From contig NW_021824020.1 in assembly GCF_006345805.1 (NCBI RefSeq), positions 1-26,275 on the forward strand: a stretch of 26,275 nucleotides of DNA, given 5' to 3'. A program made the translations under genes and the position numbers. Below, in pieces: positions 1 to 12,045 of the stretch (positions within the stretch are counted from its first letter, which is position 1; each line of letters begins with the position of its first letter). The notes beneath the pieces are model-generated. The model made no database searches. It worked only from the letters and a program-made list of their open reading frames with translations, and was not told the origin of the DNA. Source of the DNA: Octopus sinensis. Taxonomy: Eukaryota.

Positions 1-194
1 TGTCTTTTCTACGTATAGATATCACTATGTATGGCAACACTTCTATACAATTGAAATAAAAGATATTTTCAGTATCAATATTCAGTTACAAAGTATTTTT
101 AACCTTCTCTATTGGGGTTCTCTTCGAATCTCCTTCACACACGAAGTATTTTCTTCTCTTCGTGAGAAGCATTAATTTCAATATTACAGTATAG

Positions 195-196
<2 letters not shown>

Positions 197-267
<71 letters not shown>

Positions 268-268
268 G

Positions 269-299
<31 letters not shown>

Positions 300-392
300 T
301 ATATTATATACATATATGTATATATATTATAAATATATATACGTATGTATATATATATGTATGTATATTATGTATATGTCTATATATATGTA
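197..392. repeat. (TA)n/(TACA)n microsatellite cluster
   Basis: Directly visible di- and tetranucleotide runs. Confidence 0.95.
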
Positions 393-1464
393 TCAGTTCT
401 ACAATTAAGATTAGCTATATCAGTATATTTTGTACATGTCCATTGTTTTCTAATTTAAAAAAAAAAAAAAAAAAAAACTTTGAGGTAGAATTTGCTATGG
501 TTTCGATTGTCTTCTAAAGAAGAGTGTCTGAATTCTGCGCAATGTTGTTGCATTGTTTCAAATTCGGAAGAATATCTCCAGAAGACGAGTTCAAATTTCC
601 ACGACCTTCTTCGATAATAGATCACGATTATATTCGGAAATCGCACGTAGTTATCCTTGAAAATCCCTGTTTGACTGCGCTGTAGAATTCTCGAGAATGA
701 ACGCATTTGTAATAGATCCATTATAATGATTTTTCAAAGAAAACTAAAGCTGTGCAGTTTTGCACGTAAATTTGTATTGTCTTCTTACAGATCTAGAAAA
801 AGAAAGCCACGTTTCAGTCAGACAAAAGCTTTTGATCTTTCGAATACTGTTAAAAACATTTTATAATGTATCATAGCACTTGTCAGAGTCTGCACCTTGA
901 GTTTTGATGTCGACAAAAGCTGTTGTTGCCATATTCTGGGCTATTGTTGTATCTCCAAAATGTCGGACTTGCTCAAATGTGAAAGGTATGATCATTGTAT
1001 GTTTTATCAGAAGAAAATTGTTGCCTATGGGTTTGTTCCAAATCGTCAGATCACCAACAAAGAATTTCATTTGATTGCCTTGTGGTATTTCGTTTTGAAA
1101 AGCAGTGGGAAAGATGATATTTGAGGCATTATCAAGCAAAATCTATCTGCTGCCATATGACAACTCATCCGCTGAATTTTCCTTCACTATCCGTGATCTT
1201 TTAGGCCAAGCACAAGAGAACTCATGTCCCGCTGCAGCTTCACTCCCCATATTTGGCCACTGATGTATGCTTTCCTTTACAAATGTGTCATTCACTCCGG
1301 GGAAATTTGCCTTCACCTATTTCAAGCATAGAAGGAAATCCATTACGAGTACTGCGCACTATATCTGCAAATGGTAAAACAATATATCAAGAAGGGAAGA
1401 AACTATTTTGAAGCAGAAAAGTCTGATTTGTAATTAAGACGATAAATTACTTTCGTTTAAAATG

Positions 1465-1630
1465 TTCACCTGCGACCGGTTGTGCGGTAAGAAGTTTGCT
1501 TCCCAACCATATTGTTCCAGGTTCAGTCACACTGCGTGTCAGCTTGGGTAAGCTTTTACTATAGCCTCCTGCCAACAAATACCTAGTGAATGGATTTGAT
1601 AGACGGAAACTTAATGAAGCAACTTGTCGT
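1465..1630 (+). mobile_element. SINE family 1, diverged 5' half only
   Basis: Similar to the head of the full copies (ggtaagaagtttgcttcccaacca...ggttcagtc...gacggaaact...tgtcgt). Confidence 0.75.
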
Positions 1631-1640
1631 ATATATCTCT

Positions 1641-2008
1641 CTCTTTACTCTTTTACTCTTTTACTTGTTTCAGTCATTTGAATGCGGCCATGCTGGAGCA
1701 CCGCCTTTAGTCGAGCAAATCGACCCCGGGACTTATTCCTTGTAAGCCCAGTACTTATTCTATCGGTCTCTTTTGCCGAACCGCTAAGTGACGGGGACGT
1801 AAACACACCAGCATCGGTTGTCAATCAATGCTAGGAGGACAAACACACACAAACACACATACATACACATATATACACATATATACATATATACGACAGG
1901 CTTCTTTCAGTTTCTGTCTACCAAATCCACTCACAAGGCATTGGTCAGGCCCGGGGCTATAGCAGAAGACACTTGCCCAGCTACTTACCACACAGCCACT
2001 CCTGCGCC

Positions 2009-2009
<1 letters not shown>
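1641..2009 (-). mobile_element. SINE family 1 with internal deletion in the head
   Basis: Reverse complement of the 24382-24863 copy; (TTTTACTC)n tail at left; about 45 nt missing between ttgcccag and ctacttacc. Confidence 0.9.
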
Positions 2010-2070
<61 letters not shown>

Positions 2071-2071
<1 letters not shown>

Positions 2072-2375
2072 GGAAAGGAATAGCAAAATGGGAGAAGAAC
2101 GCAAAACCTCCAGACAGATGATACAAAAGAAGGACAAGAAATAAAAAAAAAACGGAGGAGTCATTCGAAGTTTTCTTTCCTCAGTCGAGTTCCAGATTTT
2201 CTTTCTAATTTCGGCCGGTTATACTAGACTTTGTTCCAATCTGGTCAGTCCCAAGGAAAAACTAAGCTAAGAGTATTAGATTCCTTGAACGAAAGCAGGG
2301 AATGTCTACGAAAACAAGGACGAAAAAAAACGGAGAATGTTACACAAATATAAATGAAAATAACAGGACGTTTCG
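2071..2375 (-). mobile_element. (TA)n-abutting repeat remnant, possibly Penelope-like terminal repeat, carrying the 3' half of a hammerhead-like motif
   Basis: Starts directly at the (TA)n tract; minus strand reads CGAAACGTC at about 2375-2367, where it meets a SINE tail. Confidence 0.35.
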
Positions 2376-2376
2376 C

Positions 2377-2720
2377 GCCCCCACCATTGCTTGACAGCTG
2401 ATGTTGGTGTGTTTACGTCCCCGTAACTTAGTGGTTCCGCACAAAATGCCGCTAGAATAAGTACTAGGCTTACAAAGAATAAGTTTTGGGGTTGATTCGT
2501 TCGACTAAAGGTGGTGCCTTAGCAGGGCCGGAGTGGAATGACTGAATCAAGTAAAAGAATAAAAAATATATATACGGTTCGGCAAAAGATACCGATAGAA
2601 TAAGTACCGGGATTACAAATAATAAGTCCCGGGGTCGAGTTGCTCGATTAAAGGCGGTGCTCCAGCATGGCCACAGTCAAATGACTGAAACAAATAAAAG
2701 AGTAAAAGAGTAAAAGAGTA
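2377..2720 (+). mobile_element. Two tandem 3' halves of SINE family 1 (2377-2564 and 2575-2720)
   Basis: Both match the tail tagaataagtac...cgactaaaggcggtgctccagcatggcc...gactgaaacaa(gtaaaaga)n. Confidence 0.85.
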
Positions 2721-2971
2721 TGTACACATACATATATATTCTAACACACACGCACACACACACACACACACACAGACACAGACACACGCGCACACACACA
2801 CGAATTACAGCGTTAGATGAATAGATTACTTTCAAATAACATGCAAATTTTTTTTTTTACCAGAGCCTAACACGCTTTCGATAGATCAAAGGTTCCAGCA
2901 TTTGTAACATTAAACAGGATACGTCTTCCACGTTATTGAAATGTAGTTTATCACAGATGGTTCAATGATGT

Positions 2972-3294
2972 TAAAGACTCCGCCGGTTACGACGACGAGG
3001 GTCCCAGCTGATACGATCAACGGAACAGCTTGCTCGTGAAATTAACGTGCAAATGGCTGAGCATTCCACAGACACGTGTACCCTTAACGTAGTTCTCGGG
3101 GAAAATCAGCGTGACACAGAGAGTGACAAGGCTGACCCTTTGAAATACAAGTACAACTCATTTTTGCCAGCTGAGTGGACTGGAGCAACGTGAAATAAAG
3201 TGTCTTGCTCAGGGACACAACGCGTCGCTGGGAATCGAACTCACAACCTTACGATCATGAGCCGAATGCCCTAACCACTAAGCCACGCGCCCTC
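2972..3294 (-). mobile_element. SINE family 2, full length, with 15-bp target-site duplication
   Basis: Minus strand begins with a tRNA-like head (gagggcgcgtggcttagtggttagggc...gagttcgattccc) followed by gtccctgagcaagacac; ATGGTTCAATGATGT is repeated exactly at 2957-2971 and 3295-3309. Confidence 0.9.
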
Positions 3295-3699
3295 ATGGTT
3301 CAATGATGTAGATAATAAGCAGCTATGCAAACATATGCAGTTGGATAAAGTTAAGTTTTATCTCTATAAATAAATCGTTTTCGAAAGGCTTTGAAATTCT
3401 GTAGATATGTCAATCCATTCAATGACACCAACATTAATATCATTATGCAGACATGGGATCGTTGGATAGGGGTTAGGATTTTGAATTAATAAAATTGTAT
3501 GCTTACTTCAAAAGAATTTGTTCCATCAAGATTTCGGTCTTTACCGTGACGACGGACTATTTATTTTACGAGATATGTATGACAACGCACGATGGATGCC
3601 GTTCAGGAAGCTGTCCATCAACAAAATGTTGGTTTAAAACATCTCACAAGAACGAATCTAAATATATTTGATTTCTTTGATATAACTAGTACTCTCTTT

Positions 3700-4139
3700 C
3701 TTTTACTCTTTTACTCTTTTACTTGTTTCAGTCATTTGACTGCGGCCATGCTGGAGCACCGCCTTTAGTCGAGCATATCGAACCCGGGACTTATTCTTTG
3801 TAAGCCCAGTACTTATTCTATCGATCTTTTTGCCGAACCGCTATGTGACGGGGACGTAAACACACCAGCATCGTTTGTCAAGCGATGGTGGGGGGACAAA
3901 CACAGACACACAAACATATACACACACATACATATATATATATAATATATATATATATATTATAATATATAATATAGTACATATATTCGACAGGCTTCTT
4001 TCATTTTCCGTCTACCAAATCCACATCACAAGGCATTGGTCGGCCGAGGCTATAGCAAGACACTTGCCCAAGATGCCACGCAGTGGGACTGAACCCGGAA
4101 CCATGTGGTTGTTAAGCAAGCTACTTACCACACAGCCAC
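3700..4139 (-). mobile_element. SINE family 1, near full length
   Basis: Reverse complement of 24382-24863; internal (CA)n/(TA)n tract. Confidence 0.92.
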
Positions 4140-5056
4140 ACAGACTTCATTTTCAATAGTAAACCAAAGTTGAAACGACATTAATATAATATAAATTCCA
4201 AATAACCTCCCACTAATCTTTAGAATCTTGGCTAATGATATTATAGATTGCGTTTGCAGTTTATGTTCTGCACTTGAATCCTTTCACTGCACTATTCTTT
4301 ATTACAATGATGCTTTAAAAGGTAGAATACATAGTATCCATTATGTACAAATCAGTATTAGTACTAAAAAACGCAGAAGTAGAAAACAAGGTGTCCTACG
4401 ATAATATCTTCTATATCGCCTCTTCCAGTCCTTGTAGGATCTCTCCAAACTTTATTATTAGCATTTCTCCCTAAGCCCTAGATATCATAAGATCTTTAAA
4501 AAAATTGAAGTTAAGCTCAGTAACAGTTGCTCCAAAAGCCACTTCGCCGCCAAAAGTTTTATAAACAGAAGAAAACTGTCTAGTGCCTAGAGTATGACCA
4601 TCAAACTAAGATCAGCCCCGCAAATAAAATTGAAACAAAAACTATAGCGGGGTTACTGAAAATTTATATATAAAAAGATTCTCACAATACATGTATACAT
4701 TCAGACACTGAAACATACTTATGGATACCTATCTAAATAAATCTGGGATTTGAAGGACGATAATATTAAACATTTATACAGTCGAGCGAGTTATTATAAA
4801 GTAAGCGGACCCTTTCATAATGTTTCTAGAATATGAGCTGTATCACTGAGTAAGTTATTTGTAAATTTGAACAAAAGAAGTGAATGGGCAAGTTCTTGCA
4901 GAAATTTCAACGAATATATATATATATAACGGGAAGCTTTATGAAAATAAACAAAAGACGAAGGCAGGTTTACGGAAATAAACAAAAGACGAAGGTAGGT
5001 GGAATACAAACAAACAATTGTACTAGTATGGCGCTCAGGAATATAAATAAAACAAG

Positions 5057-5094
5057 TCTTTTACGTGTCGAGCCTACGTTCTTCAACAGAAAGA
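5057..5094 (-). ncRNA. Decayed minimal type I hammerhead ribozyme motif
   Basis: Minus strand: TCTTT-CTGTTGA-A-GAAC GTAG GCTC-GACA-CGT-A-AAAGA. Stem I has 5 bp and stem II pairs at 3 of 4 positions; there are two core substitutions relative to CUGANGA/GAAA. Confidence 0.55.
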
Positions 5095-5528
5095 TACACA
5101 GAGAAGAAACACAGAAAGGAGAGAAAAAAATGCGTGCAGAGGCTAGCGAATCAACATGGCGATCTGATTTCGGCCAGAAGTCAAAGATCAAACGTGAGAC
5201 GCAAGAACATAATCAAAAAGGGTAATAACATAGGTTATTATTACCAGTGACCTAGCACAAAAGACGAATTAGTCATTAGACAAAATATTATTCATATAGA
5301 AATATAATAAAAGGCTCCTAAATAAGGAAGCTTAGTGCTAGAGACACAAAGAGGGATAAATTCATGGAGAGAGAGAAATTCAAAAACATTTACCATTAAC
5401 GATATCTACCTCTTTCTAGCAAAACAGACAGAATATATTTGCCAAGGCAAGGTTCGTCAGCGGGACGCCTTCATAATTCTAGATGCACAGAACGTTAGAG
5501 CACGTGTCGATCTAACAATTTGTATATT

Positions 5529-5563
<35 letters not shown>

Positions 5564-6088
5564 TATATTCGCACTAAATAAAGTATATATGTATGTATGC
5601 ATCTGTGTGTATATGTAAGTATATATAATATACACACACATTTATATGCATATATATGTTTACAAACATTTATGTACCTATGCGCACACATATACACATA
5701 CATCAATATCTTTTAATCAATAGGTAAGTCTGTGTCCCTGATTCTTTACAGAATGTCTGAAATTAATGGCTGGGAGAGAAGAATGTTTCTTTAACCCGAA
5801 GATCTTGCCTGAATGCCCGCATCAGAGTGGACACCATTAAAGGCCCGCACGCGTATATATGCTTATGCGTGTGTAAATATCTATGTATATGCATATGTGT
5901 GTATATGTATAAATGTGTGAATAAGTGATTTAAAATTCTCATTAATTTTTTTTTTGTCACACTTGACTTTGCTGCAGCCAAAACTATTAGTTCAAAAGTT
6001 TTTGCCTGAAATAGAAGTCATTTGTAAGAAAGACAAAACTGAGGTGTCCATTGAGAAAACATTTCATAACCACAATATTTCGTTCTCT

Positions 6089-6115
6089 CCCTCTCTCTCC
6101 CTCTCTCTCTCTCAT

Positions 6116-6214
<99 letters not shown>
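6089..6214. repeat. (TC)n-(TATC)n microsatellite
   Basis: Directly visible. Confidence 0.95.
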
Positions 6215-6407
6215 CCCTGCCTATATATCTATTGATGTGTTTAGGCATTAACTCCACACACACACGCAAATATATACTTACTTATATGAATGAGTGTATA
6301 TGTGTGTCTGTCTGTGAGTCCCCGTGAGAATGTGTCTATTAATGGAAATACATGTGGACGGAGTTGCATTCATAATCTAAGGAAGAGTGTATATGTGCAT
6401 GTTATAT

Positions 6408-6446
<39 letters not shown>

Positions 6447-6469
6447 GTATGTATATATATATATGTACA

Positions 6470-6526
<57 letters not shown>

Positions 6527-7516
6527 TAATATATATATATATAATATAGATATAGATAGATAGATAGACAAATAGGTAGATGACATGACTTCATCTTTTC
6601 ATTTTGACAGCTTTTAATGTATATTTGTGATTTATTACTTTTGCAACAGAGTTTCAGACAGAACCGTGAATATTGTATTGCTGATATTTATCAAATGGAA
6701 AATACGGTAATGAATACATGCCGTAAAAATTTCACAGGGCGTTGGGTCAGCACAGATGTAATTTTAAACATACATGTGCGTGTGTGTGTGTGTCTCCGTG
6801 TGTGTTTATGTATATGTGTCTTTACATATACATGCACTTGTGTATATCATTCTCACCACCCTTATGACTTCGTTTCCCGAATTAAAATTCTTGAAAGAAA
6901 AGGGTCCGTCTACTCCGGCTCCAATTTTTCTTGAGGCGCTGATGACAGATACAGTATATGCGGTTCCAATCACCGCGGTTCCACAGCCAATTCTCTTCTG
7001 GCGTTCGTATTATAACGTTCTGTCCTGGGTTCACGTCCAATCAGTTTACGTCCTGATGGTCATCCATGTGACGGGAGGAGAAGGAGGAGGTGGCTGATGG
7101 GTGGATAATGGGTCGGCAAGGCTCACGGTTGAAAGTCAATTAGACCAATATAATACGTTCTGGACAGACTCCAGATCAATGTGGCTAAGGAACATTACTT
7201 AGCAACCTATATTAGAAACCAGATCAAACTGGTTCAGACTTTGACCACAATCCACCAACCTGGTTACCAAGCTCTCAGGATTGGTTTGACGATGAACGTG
7301 CTTTACTTTCGGACCGTTGTTTACCAGATATCTTCTTTAGCTCCCAGGAACTATTGTAAAATCAACGTGGTACCTCACCAAATCGAATCTGTCTTTCAAT
7401 TATAGGCATGGATCTAAATAATGTAATGAATTTCAGTTTAACTGATACATCGAATATGCCTTATGGAGATTATACATTTGTCTCTACATACAGTACTGGT
7501 TATAATATAGAGATAT

Positions 7517-7680
7517 AGCCGCAAGCGCAGCTGTGTGGTGAGAAGTTTTCTTTTCAACCACAAGGTTCTGGGTTCAGTCCCACTGCGTGGCAGCTTAAGC
7601 AAGTGTCTTCTATTAAAGCCACAGGCCGACCAAAGCTTTGTGAGTGGATTTGGTAGACGGAAACGAGAGAGAAGCGCATC

Positions 7681-7722
<42 letters not shown>

Positions 7723-7970
7723 TATATACATGTGTGTGTGTGTGTGTGTGTGTGTTTGCGTGTCGTTGTACCGATGTTTGTTCTCCAACAACGCTTGAAA
7801 AAATCGGCGATGGTATGTTAACGTCCACCTAAGAGGTTCGACAAGAGAGATTTTATAATGAATAAATATGAGGCTTTAAAAAATCAATGGGTTAGATTCA
7901 TTTGGGGGGAAATTCTTCAAGACAGTACTCCAGCATGACCGCAGCCTAATGTCTGAAAGAAGTAAAAGGT
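7517..7970 (+). mobile_element. SINE family 1, older diverged copy
   Basis: Head gctgtgtggtgagaag...ggttcagtcccactgcgtggc, internal (TA)n(TG)n, decayed tail ctccagcatgaccgcag...tgaaagaagtaaaag. Confidence 0.85.
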
Positions 7971-8351
7971 CAAGGACGAAATACAGCGATTCTGTAGTAG
8001 ACCCTATCATTCGTTTATTTGTTTGCACATAACTCGCTCAAATTAGCGATATTGAGATGATATTAAAAACTATTATCATTATAAATACAAAACACCAAAT
8101 AGGAACAGAATGCCCGAAATGAATAAATGTGACCCACTGTATTTAACCAAGTGTTTTTTACTTTTTGATAAATCGTTATTTACCTTGGGAACGGCGAGAT
8201 CTAAAACGATGACTTACATATTATTTTGTAAATACATTTCGGTAGATTCAAATGCAATTATGCTAATCGCTGTTGTGTATGTCACAAGAGAACAACTTTT
8301 TTCTACGACGATAGTGGATTCATAATACACTGAATTTATTGGGGCAAGACA

Positions 8352-8397
8352 TTCTGTAACACCAGTGTTTCGACTTGTTCAGTCTCGTCAGTTAGAA
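8352..8397 (-). ncRNA. Type I hammerhead ribozyme motif with intact catalytic core and weakened stem I
   Basis: Minus strand: TTCTAA-CTGACGA-GACT gaaca AGTC-GAAA-CAC tg GTGT-T-ACAGAA. Confidence 0.7.
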
Positions 8398-8879
8398 GTG
8401 TCCGTATCTTTAAAACTAAACAAGAGCCGTTGACTTTTGTTTATAATTTAAGCGAAAATAGCATTCACTCACCCATGCTAATATCTGCCAGCCGATACTA
8501 AATCATTATTTTCACCGAGAAGACTAATATCTGAAACGACGATTGGCGTATTTTTTCTAAATATGTTCCAGCAGATTTTATAGACAAATATGTTAATCGC
8601 TTTTGTGTACGTCACAGAAGTACAACTTCTTTTTACGACGACAATATATTCAGAACATACTCAATTCACTGGATGAAGGAATTATGGGACGCCTGTATTT
8701 CAACATGTGTCTCAACTAGAAGCGCATGTTTCTTTTTGTTTAATCTATACAAAAGGCGATAGCATTTGTTTATAGTTTCAGTGAATAAATTGTTCATTGA
8801 GCCATACTGATATCTACGAGCCTGTAATGATTTACTAATCGCACTCTTAACAGCGAATTCTGAAATGATGACTTGTATA

Positions 8880-9097
8880 CTCTTTTACTCTTTTACTTGT
8901 TTCAGTCATTTGACTGCGGCCATGCTGGAGCACCGCCTTCAGTCGAGCAAATCGACCCCGAGACTTATTCTTTGTAAGCCCAGTACTTATTCTATCGGTC
9001 TCTTTTGCCGAACCGCTAAGTGACGGAGACGCAAACACACCAGCATCGGTTGTCAAGCAATGCTAGGGAGACAAACACAGACATACAAACACGTACA

Positions 9098-9146
<49 letters not shown>

Positions 9147-9347
9147 TATATATATATATATATATATATATACATACACATATACGACGGGCTACTTTTC
9201 AGTTTCCGTCTACCAAATCCACTCACAAGGCATTGGTCGGCCCGGGGCTATAGCAGAAGACACTTGCCCAAGATGCCACGCAGTGGGACTGAACCCGGAA
9301 CCATGTGGTTGGTTAGCAAGCTACTTACCACACAGCCACTCCTGCGC
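8880..9347 (-). mobile_element. SINE family 1, full length, inserted into the tandem repeat
   Basis: Reverse complement of 24382-24863; TTGTATA occurs at 8873-8879 and 9363-9369, and joining these sites restores the repeat unit. Confidence 0.92.
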
Positions 9348-9850
9348 ATATTTTTATATTTATTGTATATTTATTCTTAATATGTTCCGGCAGATTTAAA
9401 CGCGAATCCATTAATCACGGTTGCGCACGTCACAGGAACTGAGCTTTCCTTATAGTTGATTGTTGCATCTCTGAAAATCGGAGCGATGCATTTATCCTAA
9501 AACTAGCTTTTATAATTGATATTGGGTCATAGAGACGAAAACCGATAAAGCGGTTATGTAAAAATACCTTGCAGCATTTATAGATCCATGCATATAATTA
9601 TAAATCAAATGGGAGTTCAAATCCCACCAGATTCGAGTTATTTTATTAATTTCTTAGTGGATCGATAAAATAAGTATTGATCAGTCAAAAACTAGGTTTG
9701 AAAGAGTCACCTTGATCTGTTCTTACCTGAAATATTCTGGTCTTGTGCTTCTCTTAGACGATATTGTTGGACTAAAACATCAAAGCAAGAGAGAGAGAGA
9801 GATCAAGAGAGTGCCAGAAAGAGAGCAAGATATAGAAAGAGAGAGGAAGA

Positions 9851-9882
<32 letters not shown>

Positions 9883-10064
9883 CAGACGAACAGACAGAAA
9901 AAGCGTATTGAAGTTCGTCGTCATGACGACAGCGACATGATAATTAACGTCAAGCTGAGAAAGCAATATCAGACACGTATATTTTAATTTAATTAGCACA
10001 ATCACTTAAAACTACTTCGCCTGTAGAGTAATAGTTAATGATCAACGGACATAGATGCATACAT

Positions 10065-10171
10065 ACATGTGTACATACATACATACATACATACATACAT
10101 GCATACATACATACATACATACATACATACATACATACATACATACATACATGCATACATACATACATACA

Positions 10172-10202
<31 letters not shown>

Positions 10203-10279
10203 GTACATACATACTACCATATGCATAACAAATATGTAGATATATACATAGGCATATTCATCATTATGCGTTATATATT

Positions 10280-10327
<48 letters not shown>

Positions 10328-10675
10328 ATATATATATGTGCGTGTGTGTGTGGTGTGTGTGTGTATACATATGTATGTACGTATGTATGTATGTATGTTT
10401 CTATTTAAATGGAAGAATATATAGAAATATATATATATATATGTAAAATACATGTATGAATGTAATAATATATATATGTGTGTGTGTATATATATATATA
10501 TATACATACATACAAACACACCATAATTTATATGATATATATATATATTTATAATATATATATATACTTATATTTGTATATAATATACGTACATATATAT
10601 ATATATATATACGATTTGTTACCTACATAAGAATATATGTACATAATACATGTATATGTATATAAGAATATATTG

Positions 10676-10711
<36 letters not shown>

Positions 10712-10830
10712 CGCGTGTGAGTGTATTTATATATATATTATATATATAATATATATATATATATGTAATTATATGCATACACACAAATATATATTTATAT
10801 ATGTGTGTGTGTATGTGTGTCCGTGTAAAA
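10065..10830. repeat. Compound (TACA)n/(TA)n/(TG)n microsatellite field
   Basis: Directly visible. Confidence 0.95.
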
Positions 10831-11124
10831 AATAACAACGTGGCCAACAAGTGAGAATAACATCACCAACAATAGGCAGCAATCACAGTATTCAACACCA
10901 ATTCCCTATACATATACACGCGTAAACACATTCGACAACCCGACCCGATCCGGCTCCCACCCTCTCCCTTGTCAAACCCATCCCCCCTATCGCCACATCG
11001 AATCGTCAAACCACCAAACCGTCCTCTTACAACACCACGCCATTCTCTACGAAGTATTATCAACAAAATAACGAACATCGTTTGATGTTCCATTCTGAAT
11101 TTATTGATTGAAATTGGCAGAATC

Positions 11125-11149
11125 ATATATGTATGTATATTATATCTAT

Positions 11150-11193
<44 letters not shown>

Positions 11194-11220
11194 CACATGT
11201 ATCTGTATTATAAAAAAATA

Positions 11221-11271
<51 letters not shown>

Positions 11272-11668
11272 TATGTATATATATATATGTATATGTATAT
11301 GTGCTTGTGTGAATGAATGTGTAATTATATATATGTATTATGTATCTTGTAGTTGATCTCATAATCATTAATATCTTCTCACTTGATTGTTTAATATGAG
11401 CGAAAATAATTACTAAAATGTATTTCAAATACGTACATAGAATAGTTAAGACACACACACTTACACACACAACACACACACACACACACTATATATATAT
11501 ATATATTATATATATATATGTATATATATATAAATATATATGTACATATATATATATACCTACATATTATATATATATATATATGTTATAATGCACACGC
11601 ACACATATACAAATATATCTTCATATGTATGTATATATTTGTGTGTTGTACTATATATACATATATAG

Positions 11669-11705
<37 letters not shown>

Positions 11706-11880
11706 ATATATGTATACATATACATGCACGTACACATTATATATATTAAATATGCATAGCCATTTAAACGCACAATCACGTGCGCAAAAACAGGGGTAAT
11801 CGTACATATATATGTATACACGCTTATAGAAACATAATCTCGTTTTTAAAGTACGTACAGTACATTGGTGTTGTTCATAC

Positions 11881-11956
<76 letters not shown>

Positions 11957-11959
11957 TAT

Positions 11960-12003
<44 letters not shown>

Positions 12004-12045
12004 CATATATATTTGTACATATACACAATATTTTATATATATAAT
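11125..12045. repeat. Compound (TA)n/(CA)n microsatellite field
   Basis: Directly visible. Confidence 0.95.

Larger units (their letters stand above)
7980..9510 (-). repeat. Diverged tandem repeat with a 330-360-bp unit and one hammerhead-like motif per unit, interrupted by a SINE
   Basis: Homologous anchors ctaaaacgatga/ctgaaacgacga/ctgaaatgatga at 8201, 8531 and 8860; HHR-like motifs at 7989-8047, 8352-8397 and 8682-8722. Confidence 0.75.

Noticed and set aside
805-830. Minus-strand CTGACTGAAACGTG
   Set aside because: There is no stem II and the cleavage position would be G.
2165-2210. Minus-strand CTGAGGA-AAG aaaa CTT-CGAAT motif
   Set aside because: There is an extra C, GAAT replaces GAAA, and there is no stem I partner.
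5718-5850. Strong splice-like words (ag|gtaagt at about 5723 and tttacag| at about 5751)
   Set aside because: The implied intron is too short and the flanking frames close quickly; isolated consensus matches are expected by chance.
8201-8860. Protein-coding interpretation of the 330-bp repeat (SLLCxSQxxNFFLRR; cadherin- or PAN-like guess; alternative genetic code)
   Set aside because: An in-frame TAA is conserved in three units, the units are 330, 329 and about 360 nt with non-triplet indels, and the hammerhead motif explains the conservation better.
9060-9380. Recurrent peptide HLPKMPRSGTEPGTMWL in several ORFs
   Set aside because: It is the antisense reading of the SINE family 1 head; the recurrence reflects SINE copy number.
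10860-11075. C-rich segment that might be a Penelope RT/GIY-YIG linker remnant
   Set aside because: Only a vague resemblance (RHSLRSII); no diagnostic motif.
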